From an uncultured Chloroflexia bacterium (lineage in GTDB: Bacteria; Chloroflexota; Dehalococcoidia; DSTF01; WHTK01), in assembly GCA_963703905.1 (NCBI GenBank), contig CAVPFY010000007.1:14374-78373 (forward strand): DNA of 64,000 bases. Reading direction: 5' to 3'. This document shows, in pieces, positions 54,058 through 63,612 of the stretch (the first letter of the stretch is position 1; every line of letters begins with the position of its first letter). Both the position numbers and the translations under genes were made by a program. The notes below the pieces were generated by a model. The model was not told the origin of the DNA and made no database searches. It saw nothing but the letters and a program-made list of their open reading frames with translations.

Positions 54058-54148
54058 GCATGGAACAAGGGACACGGGACAAGGAACAGGAACCGTGTCC
54101 AGAAGAGTCCCGGCTTGACCCCTGTTCCATGCTCCCTGTTCCTTGCTC
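54058..54148. repeat. GGAACAGG-word low-complexity inverted repeat (hairpins) between operons
   Basis: GGACACGG (54070-54077) / CCGTGTCC (54093-54100) forms a perfect 8-bp stem. GGAACAGG (54083-54090) pairs with CCTGTTCC (54121-54128), and CCTGTTCC recurs at 54135-54142. The element lies between the permease stop (54149) and the next gene. Confidence 0.7.
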
Positions 54149-55117
54149 CTACCGCCCGCGAGAGCCCCTCAGCCGCGGGTCCAGGACGTCGCGCAGGGCG
54201 TCGCCCAGGAGGTTGAAGCCGAGCACAGTCATGCTAATCGCGATGCCGGGCGCCAGGGCCAGCCAGGGCGCCTCGGTGAAGAAGCTGCGGTTGCGGCCGC
54301 TGAGGTCCTGCCCCCAGGAAGGCGTGCCTGGCGCGACGCCCAGGCCCAGGAAGCTGAGCGCGGCCTCGCCGAGGATGACGCCGCCTACGCCGGCCGTAGC
54401 GCCGACGATCACGTACGGCATCACGTTCGGCAGCAAGTGGCGCAGGATAATGCGCTTGTCGCTTGCTCCCAGCGCTCGCGCCGCGGTCACATACTCCGCG
54501 TTCTTCAGCGACAGGGCCACGCCTCGCACGATGCGCGATCCGCCGAACACGGCGCCGATCGAGAAGGCGATGATCAGGTTCCGCAGGTCATAGGCGACCT
54601 GAAACAATGCGAACGGTCCGCTATGAGGCGAGGTCGTCGGCGGCCCCAGCAGAGAGACGATGAGTAGCAGGGCAATAAGGCCCGGAAACGCCGACCAGAC
54701 CTCGCCGCTTCTCTGGATCACGTAATCGATCGGCCCCTGGAAGTACCCGGCGGCAAGGCCCAACAGAGTGCTCAGAGTCACGTTTATCGCCACAACGCTG
54801 AGAGCGACGGCCAGCGATATCTGGCTGCCGACCATGACGCGGCTGAGGATGTCCTTGCCAACGGCGTCCGTGCCGAAAATGTGCGTGCTGCTCGGCGCCA
54901 ACAGGGGACCGGCTACCGACCGCGTCGCGTCAAACGGCGCGATCCACGGCGAAAGGATCGAGATGGTCAGAAAGACCACCACCAGAGTGCCGCCGAACGC
55001 CCCCAGCGGCTTCTGGCGCGTGAACTTGAGCAGGTATGCTGCAACGCTTTGGGCCCTCTCCCACGCGGCTGAGGCCGGATTGAATGTCCCTCGCCCAGGT
55101 AGCTCCAGAGTTGTCAT
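54149..55117 (-). CDS. ABC transporter permease (DppC/OppC-type)
   Basis: Intact 322-aa ORF with the C-terminal family signature FNLLGDALRDVLDPRLRG. It overlaps the upstream permease by 4 nt. Confidence 0.85.
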   Translation of the reverse strand: MTTLELPGRGTFNPASAAWERAQSVAAYLLKFTRQKPLGAFGGTLVVVFLTISILSPWIAPFDATRSVAGPLLAPSSTHIFGTDAVGKDILSRVMVGSQISLAVALSVVAINVTLSTLLGLAAGYFQGPIDYVIQRSGEVWSAFPGLIALLLIVSLLGPPTTSPHSGPFALFQVAYDLRNLIIAFSIGAVFGGSRIVRGVALSLKNAEYVTAARALGASDKRIILRHLLPNVMPYVIVGATAGVGGVILGEAALSFLGLGVAPGTPSWGQDLSGRNRSFFTEAPWLALAPGIAISMTVLGFNLLGDALRDVLDPRLRGSRGR

Positions 55118-56124
55118 CTGTACCTGATCCTCGGGTCTACCGTCGCGTAGAGAAGGTCAACGATGAGGTTGCAACTGACGATGACAACCGCCGTGTAGGT
55201 CACCATTGTCATCACCACGTTGTAGTCCTGCTGCTGCACCGCCCTGAAGGTGTACTGGCCCAGGCCGGGCATCGCCATGATCTGCTCCAGGATGAGCGAG
55301 CCGCCCAGGAGGCCGGCGATGAGCCCACCGGCGATAGTGAGGATCGGGATCATCGCGTTCTTGGCGGCGTGGCGCATAAAGACCATGCGCTCCTGCAGCC
55401 CCTTGGCCCGCGCCGTGCGGATGTAGTCCTGCCTCAGCACCTCCAGCAGCGCCGACCTGACCAGTCGCATGAGCCCGGCGGCCCCTTCGATCGAAAGGAT
55501 GAGCGTCGGGGGGAGCATCTTTTGCAGGAAGGCCGCCGGATCGTGCCATATCGGCGTGTAGCCCAGCGGTGGGGCGTAACGCCAGAGGATAGCCGGGATC
55601 AATAACAGCAGCGTCAGGGCGAAGAAAGTCGGCACCGACAGGCCAAAGACACTGAAGAAACGCACAAAGTAGTCCATTGGTCCGTCTTGAAAGACCGCCG
55701 CGATGGTGCCGAACAGCAGTCCGAAGAACATTGTGAATACAAAGCTGAAGACCAGGATCTGCAAGGTAACCGGGAAGCGCGCCCTGAGCTCACTCCGTAT
55801 GTTTCCTCCGAGGAGCGAGTCACCGGGATCACCCTTGAGCATGCCGCCGATCCAGGCCACGTACTTCGTGAAGAGGATTCCGGCGCAGTTGTCGACGGCG
55901 CCGGCTTTGCCCAGAGGCCCGTCATCGTGGTGGTTGAGGCAGGTCTGGTGCTCCAGGTGGCGCGTGCTGCGCCAGGCGTCCAGCTCGTCAAGGTAAGCGG
56001 TGCCTCCGACGAAAGTCAGGGCCGGGTCGCCGGGAATGAGGTTCAAACCGAAGAACGTAATGAAGGTCACAGCCAGAAGCACGGGGATGAAGAAAAGCAT
56101 CCTGCGCATCGCATATCTACGCAT
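55114..56124 (-). CDS. ABC transporter permease (DppB/OppB-type)
   Basis: Intact 336-aa ORF with DYIRTARAKGL (EAA-loop region) and the C-terminal VDLLYATVDPRIRY. Confidence 0.85.
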   Translation of the reverse strand: MRRYAMRRMLFFIPVLLAVTFITFFGLNLIPGDPALTFVGGTAYLDELDAWRSTRHLEHQTCLNHHDDGPLGKAGAVDNCAGILFTKYVAWIGGMLKGDPGDSLLGGNIRSELRARFPVTLQILVFSFVFTMFFGLLFGTIAAVFQDGPMDYFVRFFSVFGLSVPTFFALTLLLLIPAILWRYAPPLGYTPIWHDPAAFLQKMLPPTLILSIEGAAGLMRLVRSALLEVLRQDYIRTARAKGLQERMVFMRHAAKNAMIPILTIAGGLIAGLLGGSLILEQIMAMPGLGQYTFRAVQQQDYNVVMTMVTYTAVVIVSCNLIVDLLYATVDPRIRYR

Positions 56125-56221
56125 GAACGGTGAACTCCCTTCTCAGAGGGCGTTTTATCAGAAGATGGGCAAAGGCGAAAGGGCGCCCGCGGACTTAAAC
56201 GTCGCGCGGGCGCCCTTATGA

Positions 56222-57904
56222 CTAGGCAGACGCCTTCCAGCGGTTGATTTGCCAACCGCCCAGACCGCCCGGGTCGGCCTCGAGGTCGACCCCCTTCATG
56301 TAGGAGTAATACGAAGCGTGGATGTTGGTCGAAAGCATCGGGATCAGCGGCGAATACTTCTTCGCCAACATGAGCTCGACGTCATTCGAGAGCTTCGACC
56401 GCTTCTGGTCGTCGATTTCGGCCTCAATCTTGGTGACCAGGTCGTCGACCTCCGCGTCTTCCAGAGACGTGTTGTCCCAGAAGGTGCCGGAGCTGGTCTT
56501 CATGTACTGGTAGTCCAGGAAGACCGTCATAGTGATGTCGAAGTCGCCGGGCTTCGGGCCGGCCCTCTGCAGGTAGAGGTTGCGGACAACGGGGTTGACC
56601 TTGAGCTTGAAGCCGACCTTCTGCAGGTCTTCGGCAACCAGGCCGCCACCGTCGACCCAGGTCTGCGCCTCGGGAGGGACCATGAGCTCGTACGTCTTGG
56701 ACAGGTCGGCGCCGGATGCGCGCAGCAGGTCGGCGGCCTTCTTGGGGTCGTAGCCAACATACTGCTCGACAGGCTTGCGGCCGATCGGGAAGCGGGACGG
56801 CACGGCGTTGGAGTAGTACCAGGTCTTCTCGCCGTCGCCCAGGAACACGACATTGATGATCTTGTCGATGTCGATCGAGCGGTAGATCGCCTCGCGGACG
56901 CGTGCGTCCTTGAAGGGGTCGCGGTGGATGTTCAGCAACATCGCCATGCCGCTGGTGGAGGGATAAGTCAGGTTCTTGATTCTGGACCCCAGGTCCTTCT
57001 CGATCGCCTGGGCCTGCTTGATGTTGTCCCACGCGCCGCCCGGGTCATCTACCTGGCCGGCGCGGAATGCCGCTTCGACCGCGGCGGAGTCACCCAGGAA
57101 CGTGATTTTCTTGGAGTCGAAGAAGGGGCGGTCCTTGACGAAGTACTCAGGGTTGCGCACCACCTCTTCGTTGGTGTTCTGCTGGTGGGACTTGTACATG
57201 TAGGGTCCCGTACCAACAGGGGGCTGCGTCTTCAGCGTCGTCTCGTCGAGCATCTCCTTCGGCACGACCTGGCGGTTCATCTGCTCGAAGAAGAACGCAC
57301 GCGGGCCGAACATCTCAAACCGCAGGGTGGACGCGTCAATCGCGGTCACGCTCTTGAGATCCTTGCCGCTCTGGATGAAGGAGCCTCCGTTGGCCGGGGG
57401 CTTCTTGAGGAACTCGATCGTTTGGACAAAGTCCTCTGCCGTTGCCAGGCGGCCGTTCGCCGGAGCACGGTTGTGGAACTTCAGCTGGTTCAGCTTGACG
57501 TTGACGGTCGTGTCGCCGATGACCTCCCAGGACGAGGCGTAGCGCCCGTAGCGCTGCCTGGTCGGGTCGGTGACCGCGCGGGTGCCCCACAAATAGTCGT
57601 AATACCCTGTGGTGCGCCGCCACGTGTTGATGAAAGAAGGGTCGGCGCCCGGGTGGAAGGGGCTGAAGTGGGTGGGCAGAGTGATCGTGACTTCGTTCCA
57701 GGTGCCGCCCGCCTTGGGCGTGCCCTCGTTTTCGCTACCGGAGCCGCTGCTGCTCTTCGCACTCGAGCCGCTATCGCCGCCGCCACAGCCGACAACGCCG
57801 ACTGCTGCTGCGCCGAGGCCGAGTGCGGCCGCTCCCGAGAGCGCGCGACGCCTGTTGAGCCTTGATTGCGTGAACCTGTTCCAATAGGAACTGGTATCAG
57901 CCAT
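56222..57904 (-). CDS. Family-5 ABC substrate-binding lipoprotein (Tat signal)
   Basis: Intact 560-aa ORF with the RBS GGAGG. The leader is MADTSSYWNRFTQSRLNRRRALSGAA...VGVVGCGGG. Confidence 0.85.
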   Translation of the reverse strand: MADTSSYWNRFTQSRLNRRRALSGAAALGLGAAAVGVVGCGGGDSGSSAKSSSGSGSENEGTPKAGGTWNEVTITLPTHFSPFHPGADPSFINTWRRTTGYYDYLWGTRAVTDPTRQRYGRYASSWEVIGDTTVNVKLNQLKFHNRAPANGRLATAEDFVQTIEFLKKPPANGGSFIQSGKDLKSVTAIDASTLRFEMFGPRAFFFEQMNRQVVPKEMLDETTLKTQPPVGTGPYMYKSHQQNTNEEVVRNPEYFVKDRPFFDSKKITFLGDSAAVEAAFRAGQVDDPGGAWDNIKQAQAIEKDLGSRIKNLTYPSTSGMAMLLNIHRDPFKDARVREAIYRSIDIDKIINVVFLGDGEKTWYYSNAVPSRFPIGRKPVEQYVGYDPKKAADLLRASGADLSKTYELMVPPEAQTWVDGGGLVAEDLQKVGFKLKVNPVVRNLYLQRAGPKPGDFDITMTVFLDYQYMKTSSGTFWDNTSLEDAEVDDLVTKIEAEIDDQKRSKLSNDVELMLAKKYSPLIPMLSTNIHASYYSYMKGVDLEADPGGLGGWQINRWKASA

Positions 57905-57989
57905 AAGATGAACCTCCGGAAACTTAACGCTTGCTGATGGATCGCCTTAGCTTGCTCTCAAGTCGGATACCTCAATCCTTCGCGCGCAC

Positions 57990-58075
57990 CCTGCGCGTGC
58001 CAGCCGCGAAGCCGCGGGTCCAGGTGATGGTCCCGGGCTCCCGGGAGGGCGAATCCTTGCGCAACAATGCCGGTC
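57990..58075 (-). pseudogene. Relic of a DppC-type permease 3' end
   Basis: The minus-strand frame reads ...QGFALPGARDHHLDPRLRG..., compared with the intact paralogues GFNLLGD(A/S)LRDVLDPRLRG. About 12 of 19 positions match by eye. Nothing upstream of this piece is recognisable. Confidence 0.45.
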
Positions 58076-58203
58076 CGCGGGGCGAGGCGGCCTTCCCCAA
58101 ACGGGACTTTCCAGAGGCCGAGGCAGACTCCATCGTCGCCATGAACAATCGTCCCATCTAATTACTCCTACGACTGCGCTTGATAGGAGGATTCTGGGTT
58201 GGG

Positions 58204-58231
58204 ATTATCCAAGTAATAACTATTTAGTCAA
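58204..58231 (-). promoter_or_regulatory. Candidate sigma-70-type promoter for the 57904 SBP operon
   Basis: On the minus strand: TTGACT (58231-58226), a 16-nt spacer, then GATAAT (58209-58204), inside the only AT-rich patch of this intergenic region. Confidence 0.4.
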
Positions 58232-58471
58232 GTCTAAGCTTTAGCCAGACTCGCGCGAGGCCGCGAAGGGCCTGCTTCTGACATGCGGTTGAAATGACCC
58301 GGGTCTCTCCCGCGAGCCCGCCATCAGCGTGCCGCCACCTAAGCGTCACTCAGAGAAGCGCCGCCGGCAGCCACGAAGAATCTCTGCCGGCCGAACCCCA
58401 TCGAATCGGCATCCGCTCCGCTGCTGCGCTGCCGTTTGCCGGCCGGTTTAGCTGCACGAGTGCGTGGCAGT

Positions 58472-58620
58472 CCCGGTCGTCCTGAGGCTCTCGAAGGGCG
58501 AACGGGCGAGGCCATACGGGCGCACGTCCATATCGTGCCCACGAAGGCCCGGCGCTCGTCCGTGGTTCGACAGGCTCACCACGAACGGAAGGAAGGTCTG
58601 TCACCACGAACGGAAAGAAG
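58472..58620. repeat. Dispersed palindromic repeat copy plus a 24-nt-period direct repeat
   Basis: CCCGGTCGTCCTGAGGCTCTCGAAGGGCGAACGGG (58472-58506) belongs to the same family as 30198-30290. TCACCACGAACGGAAGGAAGG (58576-58596) and TCACCACGAACGGAAAGAAGG (58600-58620) form a direct repeat. Confidence 0.7.
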
Positions 58621-58669
58621 GCCAGCTCACACGCGAACCGGGACGGGGCCCGCAATCCTTGCGTGGCCC

Positions 58670-59605
58670 TCAGGCCCTGGCGCCACGCAGCCGCGGGTCC
58701 AGCACGTCCCTGAGCGAGTCGCCCAGGAGGTTGAACCCCAACACGGAGAGGCTGATCGCAGCGCCGGGGAACAGCGCCGCCCAGGTGTTGTATGGCGCCA
58801 CCGCGCGCGCCGCATTGATGTCGGCGCCCCAGGACGGGTTCGGGGGCGGCACGCCCAAGCCCAGGAACGAAAGCGCCGCCTCCGCCAGAATCGCCGTGCC
58901 CAGGAGCGTTGTCGCGATGACGATCGCCAGCGGCGCGATGTTCGGCAGCAGGTGCCGGATTAGTATCCGGGCGTCGCTTGCGCCCATCGACCGGGCGGCG
59001 TCGACGTACTGGTTGTTTTTCTCCGCCAGCGTGGCGCCGCGGATGATCCTCGCCACGCTGGGGATGATCCCCAGCGAAATCGCCAGGATCACGTTCGGAA
59101 TCGAAGGGCCAAGCAGCCGCACCAGGATCAGCAGCAGGATTAGCTGCGGAAAGGCGATGGCAATGTCTACGCCGCGCTGGACGACCGTGTCCACGGGGCC
59201 GCTCTTGTACCCGGAGACGACGCCGATCGCCATGCCGCACAGGGTCCCGATGCCGACCGAGAGGAACCCGACCTCCAGGGAGATGCGGGCGCCGTTGATG
59301 ACGCGGCTGAGAATGTCCTGGCCCAGGCGGTCCGTGCCCATCGGATATGACATCGAAGGCCCCTGGTTGGGCGCGCCGACGAAAGCGTTGATTGGGTGCG
59401 GCGCCAGCAGCGGCGCGAATACGCCGACCACGATGAGGCACAGGATCAGAAAGCCACCGAACGCGCCCAGCGGGTTGCCGCGGACCAGCGACAGAAACCG
59501 GCGCGGCAGCCCCGGGCGCGAAGGCTCAACGGCCTCCCCCGTGGGGCGCAAGATTTCCGGCGCTTCCCGTGCGACAAGGGTTTCATCCATAAGGCAGGCG
59601 TCCAC
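58670..59605 (-). CDS. ABC transporter permease (DppC/OppC-type)
   Basis: Intact 311-aa ORF ending FNLLGDSLRDVLDPRLRGARA. It is a paralogue of 54149..55117. Confidence 0.85.
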   Translation of the reverse strand: MDACLMDETLVAREAPEILRPTGEAVEPSRPGLPRRFLSLVRGNPLGAFGGFLILCLIVVGVFAPLLAPHPINAFVGAPNQGPSMSYPMGTDRLGQDILSRVINGARISLEVGFLSVGIGTLCGMAIGVVSGYKSGPVDTVVQRGVDIAIAFPQLILLLILVRLLGPSIPNVILAISLGIIPSVARIIRGATLAEKNNQYVDAARSMGASDARILIRHLLPNIAPLAIVIATTLLGTAILAEAALSFLGLGVPPPNPSWGADINAARAVAPYNTWAALFPGAAISLSVLGFNLLGDSLRDVLDPRLRGARA

Positions 59606-59619
59606 TCCGGCGTAGGTTG

Positions 59620-60567
59620 CTAGCTATATCTAATGCGCGGGTCCAGGGCCGCGTAGACGATGTCCACGACAAGGTTCATGAAGATGGCGACAGCGGCGGT
59701 GTACAGGACTATCGACTGGGCCACCGGGTAGTCCTTCTGCAACAGCGACGTGAAGATGTATTGGCCCAGGCCGCGCAGGGCGAAGATCTGCTCGATGATC
59801 ACGGCGCCGCCCAGGAGGCCGCCGATCAGCAGGCCGAGGATCGTCAGCACCGGGATCATCGAGTTGCGCAGGGCGTGCTTGACCAGCACTGCCTTCTCGC
59901 CCAGCCCCTTCGAGCGCGCCGTGCGGATGTAATCCTGTTGCAGCACCTCCAGCAGCGACGACCGCGTGAGGCGCATGATCGTCGCCGTCGGCCCCAGCGC
60001 CAGGACCAGCGACGCCGGTATGAACTGTCGCATGTTTTCCCAGGGGGACTCGAAGAAGCCGATCTGCTTGCCCAGCGGCGGCGCGTAGTGGAACCACTGC
60101 AAAGGCAGGATCAGCACCAGCGTCGCCACCCAGAATGAGGGCACCGAGAGGCCGAAGATCGCGAACAGCCGCACGCCGTGGTCCGCGGGAGAGTTGCGCC
60201 ACCGCGCCGAGATCATGCCGAAGGGGATGCCGAAGGCCACTACCCAGATGACCGTCATGAACATGAGCTGGAAGCTCACGGGAAAGCGCGCCTTGAACTC
60301 GGACGTCACGCTGGTCTGGCTGAGGACGGACTTCCCCAGGTCGCCCGTAACGGCGTTCTTGGCCCAGTCCAGGTACTGCACGTACAGGGGCTTGTCCAGG
60401 CCCATCTCGCGGTGCAGCGCCGCCACCCGCTCCGGCGTCGCGTTGATGCCCTGCTGGATCAGGGCAGGGTCGCCCGGCGTCACCCTGAGCAGCAGGAAGA
60501 CGGCGACTGAAATTATCCAGATTGAGATTGCGGCCAGCAGCAGCCGCCGCAATATGTACGCCTGCAT
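59620..60567 (-). CDS. ABC transporter permease (DppB/OppB-type)
   Basis: Intact 315-aa ORF with DYIRTARSKGL and the C-terminal VDIVYAALDPRIRY. It is a paralogue of 55114..56124. Confidence 0.85.
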   Translation of the reverse strand: MQAYILRRLLLAAISIWIISVAVFLLLRVTPGDPALIQQGINATPERVAALHREMGLDKPLYVQYLDWAKNAVTGDLGKSVLSQTSVTSEFKARFPVSFQLMFMTVIWVVAFGIPFGMISARWRNSPADHGVRLFAIFGLSVPSFWVATLVLILPLQWFHYAPPLGKQIGFFESPWENMRQFIPASLVLALGPTATIMRLTRSSLLEVLQQDYIRTARSKGLGEKAVLVKHALRNSMIPVLTILGLLIGGLLGGAVIIEQIFALRGLGQYIFTSLLQKDYPVAQSIVLYTAAVAIFMNLVVDIVYAALDPRIRYS

Positions 60568-60586
60568 GGCCCCCCTTTGGGCGGAA

Positions 60587-62269
60587 TTACCGGTTGAACC
60601 AGTAACCGGGGATGAAGGCCGTGTTCAGCGAGGCAACGCCGCGGTGGACGCCCTTCAGCGCCGTCGCGATCAGGACGTCGTTGGGACGGTTGATGAAGTT
60701 CAGGAACGGCGGGTCCTTGGAGTAAATCAGCCGCTGGGCGTCCTTGTAAGCGTTTTTGCGCTCGTTGTCGTCGATCGTGCTGCCGGCCTTCTTGAGGGCC
60801 GCGTCCACGGCGGCGTCCGAGAAGCCGGTGTCGTACTTGTTATTCCCCGTGATGCCGCCGGTCTGGTACCACTGCAACGCCACGTCAGGCGTCTGGTAGT
60901 CCTGGTTTAGCGACAGGCTGGCCGAAATCTTGGTGTTGAAGTAGTTCGAAAGCCAGGTCGCGGCGTCCTGCGGGTCGGCCTTGGCCGTTATACCCGCAGC
61001 CTGCATCTGCCGCACGAAGATGTTGACGTAGTCCGCGGTGGTGGCGCCGCTGGTCGGGTGGGAGAAGCTGATCTCCTTGATCCCGGCCGCGTCGAAGAGG
61101 CTCTTGGCGTCCTTGGCGTCGAAGGGCTGTTGCTTGCTTTTGAGCTCGTCCTGGGGCAGGGCGTAGTCCGTCATCGACGGCACGATAAGCCCGCTGGGCG
61201 TGCCTACGCCGTGCCCGATGAGCTGGGTGTATTCGTCGCGGTTGATCGCGCGCGAAACGGCGCGGCGTACCCTCGCGTCGTCCCAGGGCTTGGCTTTCGT
61301 GTTCATCCAGAACGACAGGAAGCCAAAGTTGGGGTCCTGGAAGTAGACCGTGTCCTTGCGGTTGTTCTGGATGTCCTTGGCCTCGTCCGGGTTGGTCGCC
61401 GTGTAAGCGTCCAGCTGGCCGGATGAGAACGCCGTCCTCATCGTCGCCTGGTCGGCGAAGATTCGAATCACGTAGCTGTCCAGCAATGGCTTGCCGGTCT
61501 GGTAGTAGGCCACGTTCTTCGCGACCACGCCCTGGGCGTTCTCGGTTTCCTCTCGAAAGAGGAATGGCCCGCCGCCGACGGCCTTCGTCTTCAGCTCCGG
61601 CGAGGCCAGCCACTCCTTCGGAGCCACCGCGTGGAAGAGATTGTTGCCGACGTTGTTGAGGACGAACGCGTACGGCTGCTTGGTGATGATCCGGAAGGTC
61701 TGCTTGTCCGGCGTGTCCGTCTGGTCGACCCACTGGTTCATCCAGGCGAAGCCGTTGAGGCCCGCCTTTGGGTCCGCGACCCTGTCGAAGTTGGCCTTGA
61801 CGTCCTCCGCATCCAGGTCCCGCGCCGCGACGGTGCTGCCGTTCGGGTTGACCTTGACGCCGGGGCGAATCTTGAAGCTCCAGGTCAGCTGGTCCCCGCC
61901 CACTTCATGAGACTGGGCGAGGTCATAGATCACGCCTTCCTGCGGCGCCAGGATGTGCGTCCGCAGGAGATAGTTGTAGGCCAGCGGCACGAAGCCGGCG
62001 CCGCCATAGACCGAACTGTGAGGGTCGATACCGGCGAAGGTGCCGGTGAGCCCCACGGAGTAAGTGCCGCCGGGTTTCGGCGTGCCCTCGTCCTGAGGCG
62101 TCGTGCTCGAGGTTGAGCTCGAGCCGTTGTCGTTATCGCTGCCGCCGCCGCAGCCGACTACCCCCGCGGCCGCGACTCCCAGGCCCGCTACCGCCGCGCT
62201 CCCAAGGGCGCGCCTTCTGTCGATCCGTACCGAAGCAAAACGATCCCAATAGCTCCCTGTGTTGCCCAT
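60587..62269 (-). CDS. Family-5 ABC substrate-binding lipoprotein (Tat signal)
   Basis: ORF track 60587..62290. The inner ATG 62269 gives MGNTGSYWDRFASVRIDRRRALGSAA...AGVVGCGGG, parallel to the 57904 leader. Confidence 0.85.
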   Translation of the reverse strand: MGNTGSYWDRFASVRIDRRRALGSAAVAGLGVAAAGVVGCGGGSDNDNGSSSTSSTTPQDEGTPKPGGTYSVGLTGTFAGIDPHSSVYGGAGFVPLAYNYLLRTHILAPQEGVIYDLAQSHEVGGDQLTWSFKIRPGVKVNPNGSTVAARDLDAEDVKANFDRVADPKAGLNGFAWMNQWVDQTDTPDKQTFRIITKQPYAFVLNNVGNNLFHAVAPKEWLASPELKTKAVGGGPFLFREETENAQGVVAKNVAYYQTGKPLLDSYVIRIFADQATMRTAFSSGQLDAYTATNPDEAKDIQNNRKDTVYFQDPNFGFLSFWMNTKAKPWDDARVRRAVSRAINRDEYTQLIGHGVGTPSGLIVPSMTDYALPQDELKSKQQPFDAKDAKSLFDAAGIKEISFSHPTSGATTADYVNIFVRQMQAAGITAKADPQDAATWLSNYFNTKISASLSLNQDYQTPDVALQWYQTGGITGNNKYDTGFSDAAVDAALKKAGSTIDDNERKNAYKDAQRLIYSKDPPFLNFINRPNDVLIATALKGVHRGVASLNTAFIPGYWFNR

Positions 62270-62342
62270 CGCTCGGGCCCTCCCCTCCACCGCCCTGTCT
62301 ATTCGAGGATACAGTCGCCTGATGGCCTCGTTTGTAATAACG

Positions 62343-62371
62343 GAGATACCTCGCCGAAATATTTATGTCAA
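62343..62371 (-). promoter_or_regulatory. Candidate promoter for the 62269 SBP operon
   Basis: On the minus strand: TTGACA (62371-62366), a 17-nt spacer, then TATCTC (62348-62343), in an AT-rich patch. The TTGAC(A/T)-AAATA context resembles the site at 58204-58231. The -10 element is weak. Confidence 0.3.
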
Positions 62372-62427
62372 ATTGATTTGCGGGCCTCCTCGTTGGCGAT
62401 CGGCCAACCACTGAGGTAAATATGGAC

Positions 62428-63612
62428 TCAGAGATTCTCGCGTTGGTAGACCAGCACCCCATTGACCAGCGTTACAACCACCTCAAAGTTCTCATCCAGA
62501 AGGACCAGGTCGGCGGCCAGGCCGGTGCGAATCGCCCCTGTCGCGCCCTCGATGCCCATCGCCCGGGCCGCGCTCGCCGACGACAGCGTGGCCAGCTCGA
62601 ACAGGTCCTCGGTCAGCCAGCGGCGCGCGTTCCGCACGTCGCTGTCGAAGGTCGAGACGCTGCCCGCGAGCGTGCCGTCCGGCAGCCTGCAGGCGCCGTC
62701 CTTGACCACGAGCGTACGGCCGCCACGTTCATAGGCGCCTTCGGGCATCCCCGTCATCTGTGAGCCGTCCGTGATCAGGGCGACGCCTGTCGCGCCCTTC
62801 GCCCTGAACAACGCCTGAGCCGCGGCCGGGTGAACGTGCACGCCGTCCAGGATCAGCTCCGCCAGGAGGGCGCCGTTAGTCAGCGTCGCGCCGACCAGGC
62901 CGGGGCTGCGGTGCTCCAGGCCCGACATCGCGTTGTAGGTGTGGTTGGCGATCGTCGCGCCGGCGTCGACAGCGGCGAGCGCCTGCTCGTAAGTGGCGTT
63001 GGAGTGGCCGATCGAGACCGCGATGCCCATCTCGCGCGCCGCGCGAATGAATTGGAGCGCGCCCTCAAGCTCCGGCGCGACGTTCACGCGTTTAATCGCA
63101 CCGCCTGAGGCGCTCACCAGGCGCTGCAGCTCCGCCACGGAGGGGGCTCGCAGGTTCGCCGCGTCCCAGGCGCCCCGCTTCTCGACGCTGATATACGGTC
63201 CCTCCATGAAGATGCCCGCCAGCCTGGCGCCGCCGGTCGCCGTCCCAACTACGGCCGCGGCCTCCTCGACCGTGTTCACGATCGCGTCCAGCTCGCTGCC
63301 ATGGCCCAGCCCCGCATACCAGGTGGTGACCCCGGTGCGCGCGACCAGGCGCGAAGCCTCGCGGGCCGCGTCCGCGCCGCCGCCCAGCGCCAGCCCGCCA
63401 AAGCCGTGCACGTGCATATCGACGAAGCCGGGCATCAAGACGGCGCAGGAGAGGAGCGTAGGGGATGGTGTTTGGGGGAGGGACGCGAGGAGCAGATGGG
63501 CCGCGTCCACGGCGGCGATGAGACCGCCCTCGACGCGCACCGCGCCGTCTTCGATGACCCCCTCCGGGGTCACGACTCTGCCGGCGCGAATGACTATCGG
63601 CTCCCCTGCCAT
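62428..63612 (-). CDS. nagA: N-acetylglucosamine-6-phosphate deacetylase-like amidohydrolase
   Basis: ORF track 62428..63648. ATG 63612 gives MAGEPIVIRAGRVVTPEGVIEDGAVRVEGGLIAAVD, followed by LMPGFVDMHVHGFGG and a later SIGHSNATYEQ, as in NagA-type enzymes. Confidence 0.6.
   Translation of the reverse strand: MAGEPIVIRAGRVVTPEGVIEDGAVRVEGGLIAAVDAAHLLLASLPQTPSPTLLSCAVLMPGFVDMHVHGFGGLALGGGADAAREASRLVARTGVTTWYAGLGHGSELDAIVNTVEEAAAVVGTATGGARLAGIFMEGPYISVEKRGAWDAANLRAPSVAELQRLVSASGGAIKRVNVAPELEGALQFIRAAREMGIAVSIGHSNATYEQALAAVDAGATIANHTYNAMSGLEHRSPGLVGATLTNGALLAELILDGVHVHPAAAQALFRAKGATGVALITDGSQMTGMPEGAYERGGRTLVVKDGACRLPDGTLAGSVSTFDSDVRNARRWLTEDLFELATLSSASAARAMGIEGATGAIRTGLAADLVLLDENFEVVVTLVNGVLVYQRENL

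Noticed and set aside
57972-58157. 61-aa ORF in the intergenic region between the two ABC modules
   Set aside because: It is an out-of-frame reading across the degraded permease 3' end, has no RBS and shows no coding features.
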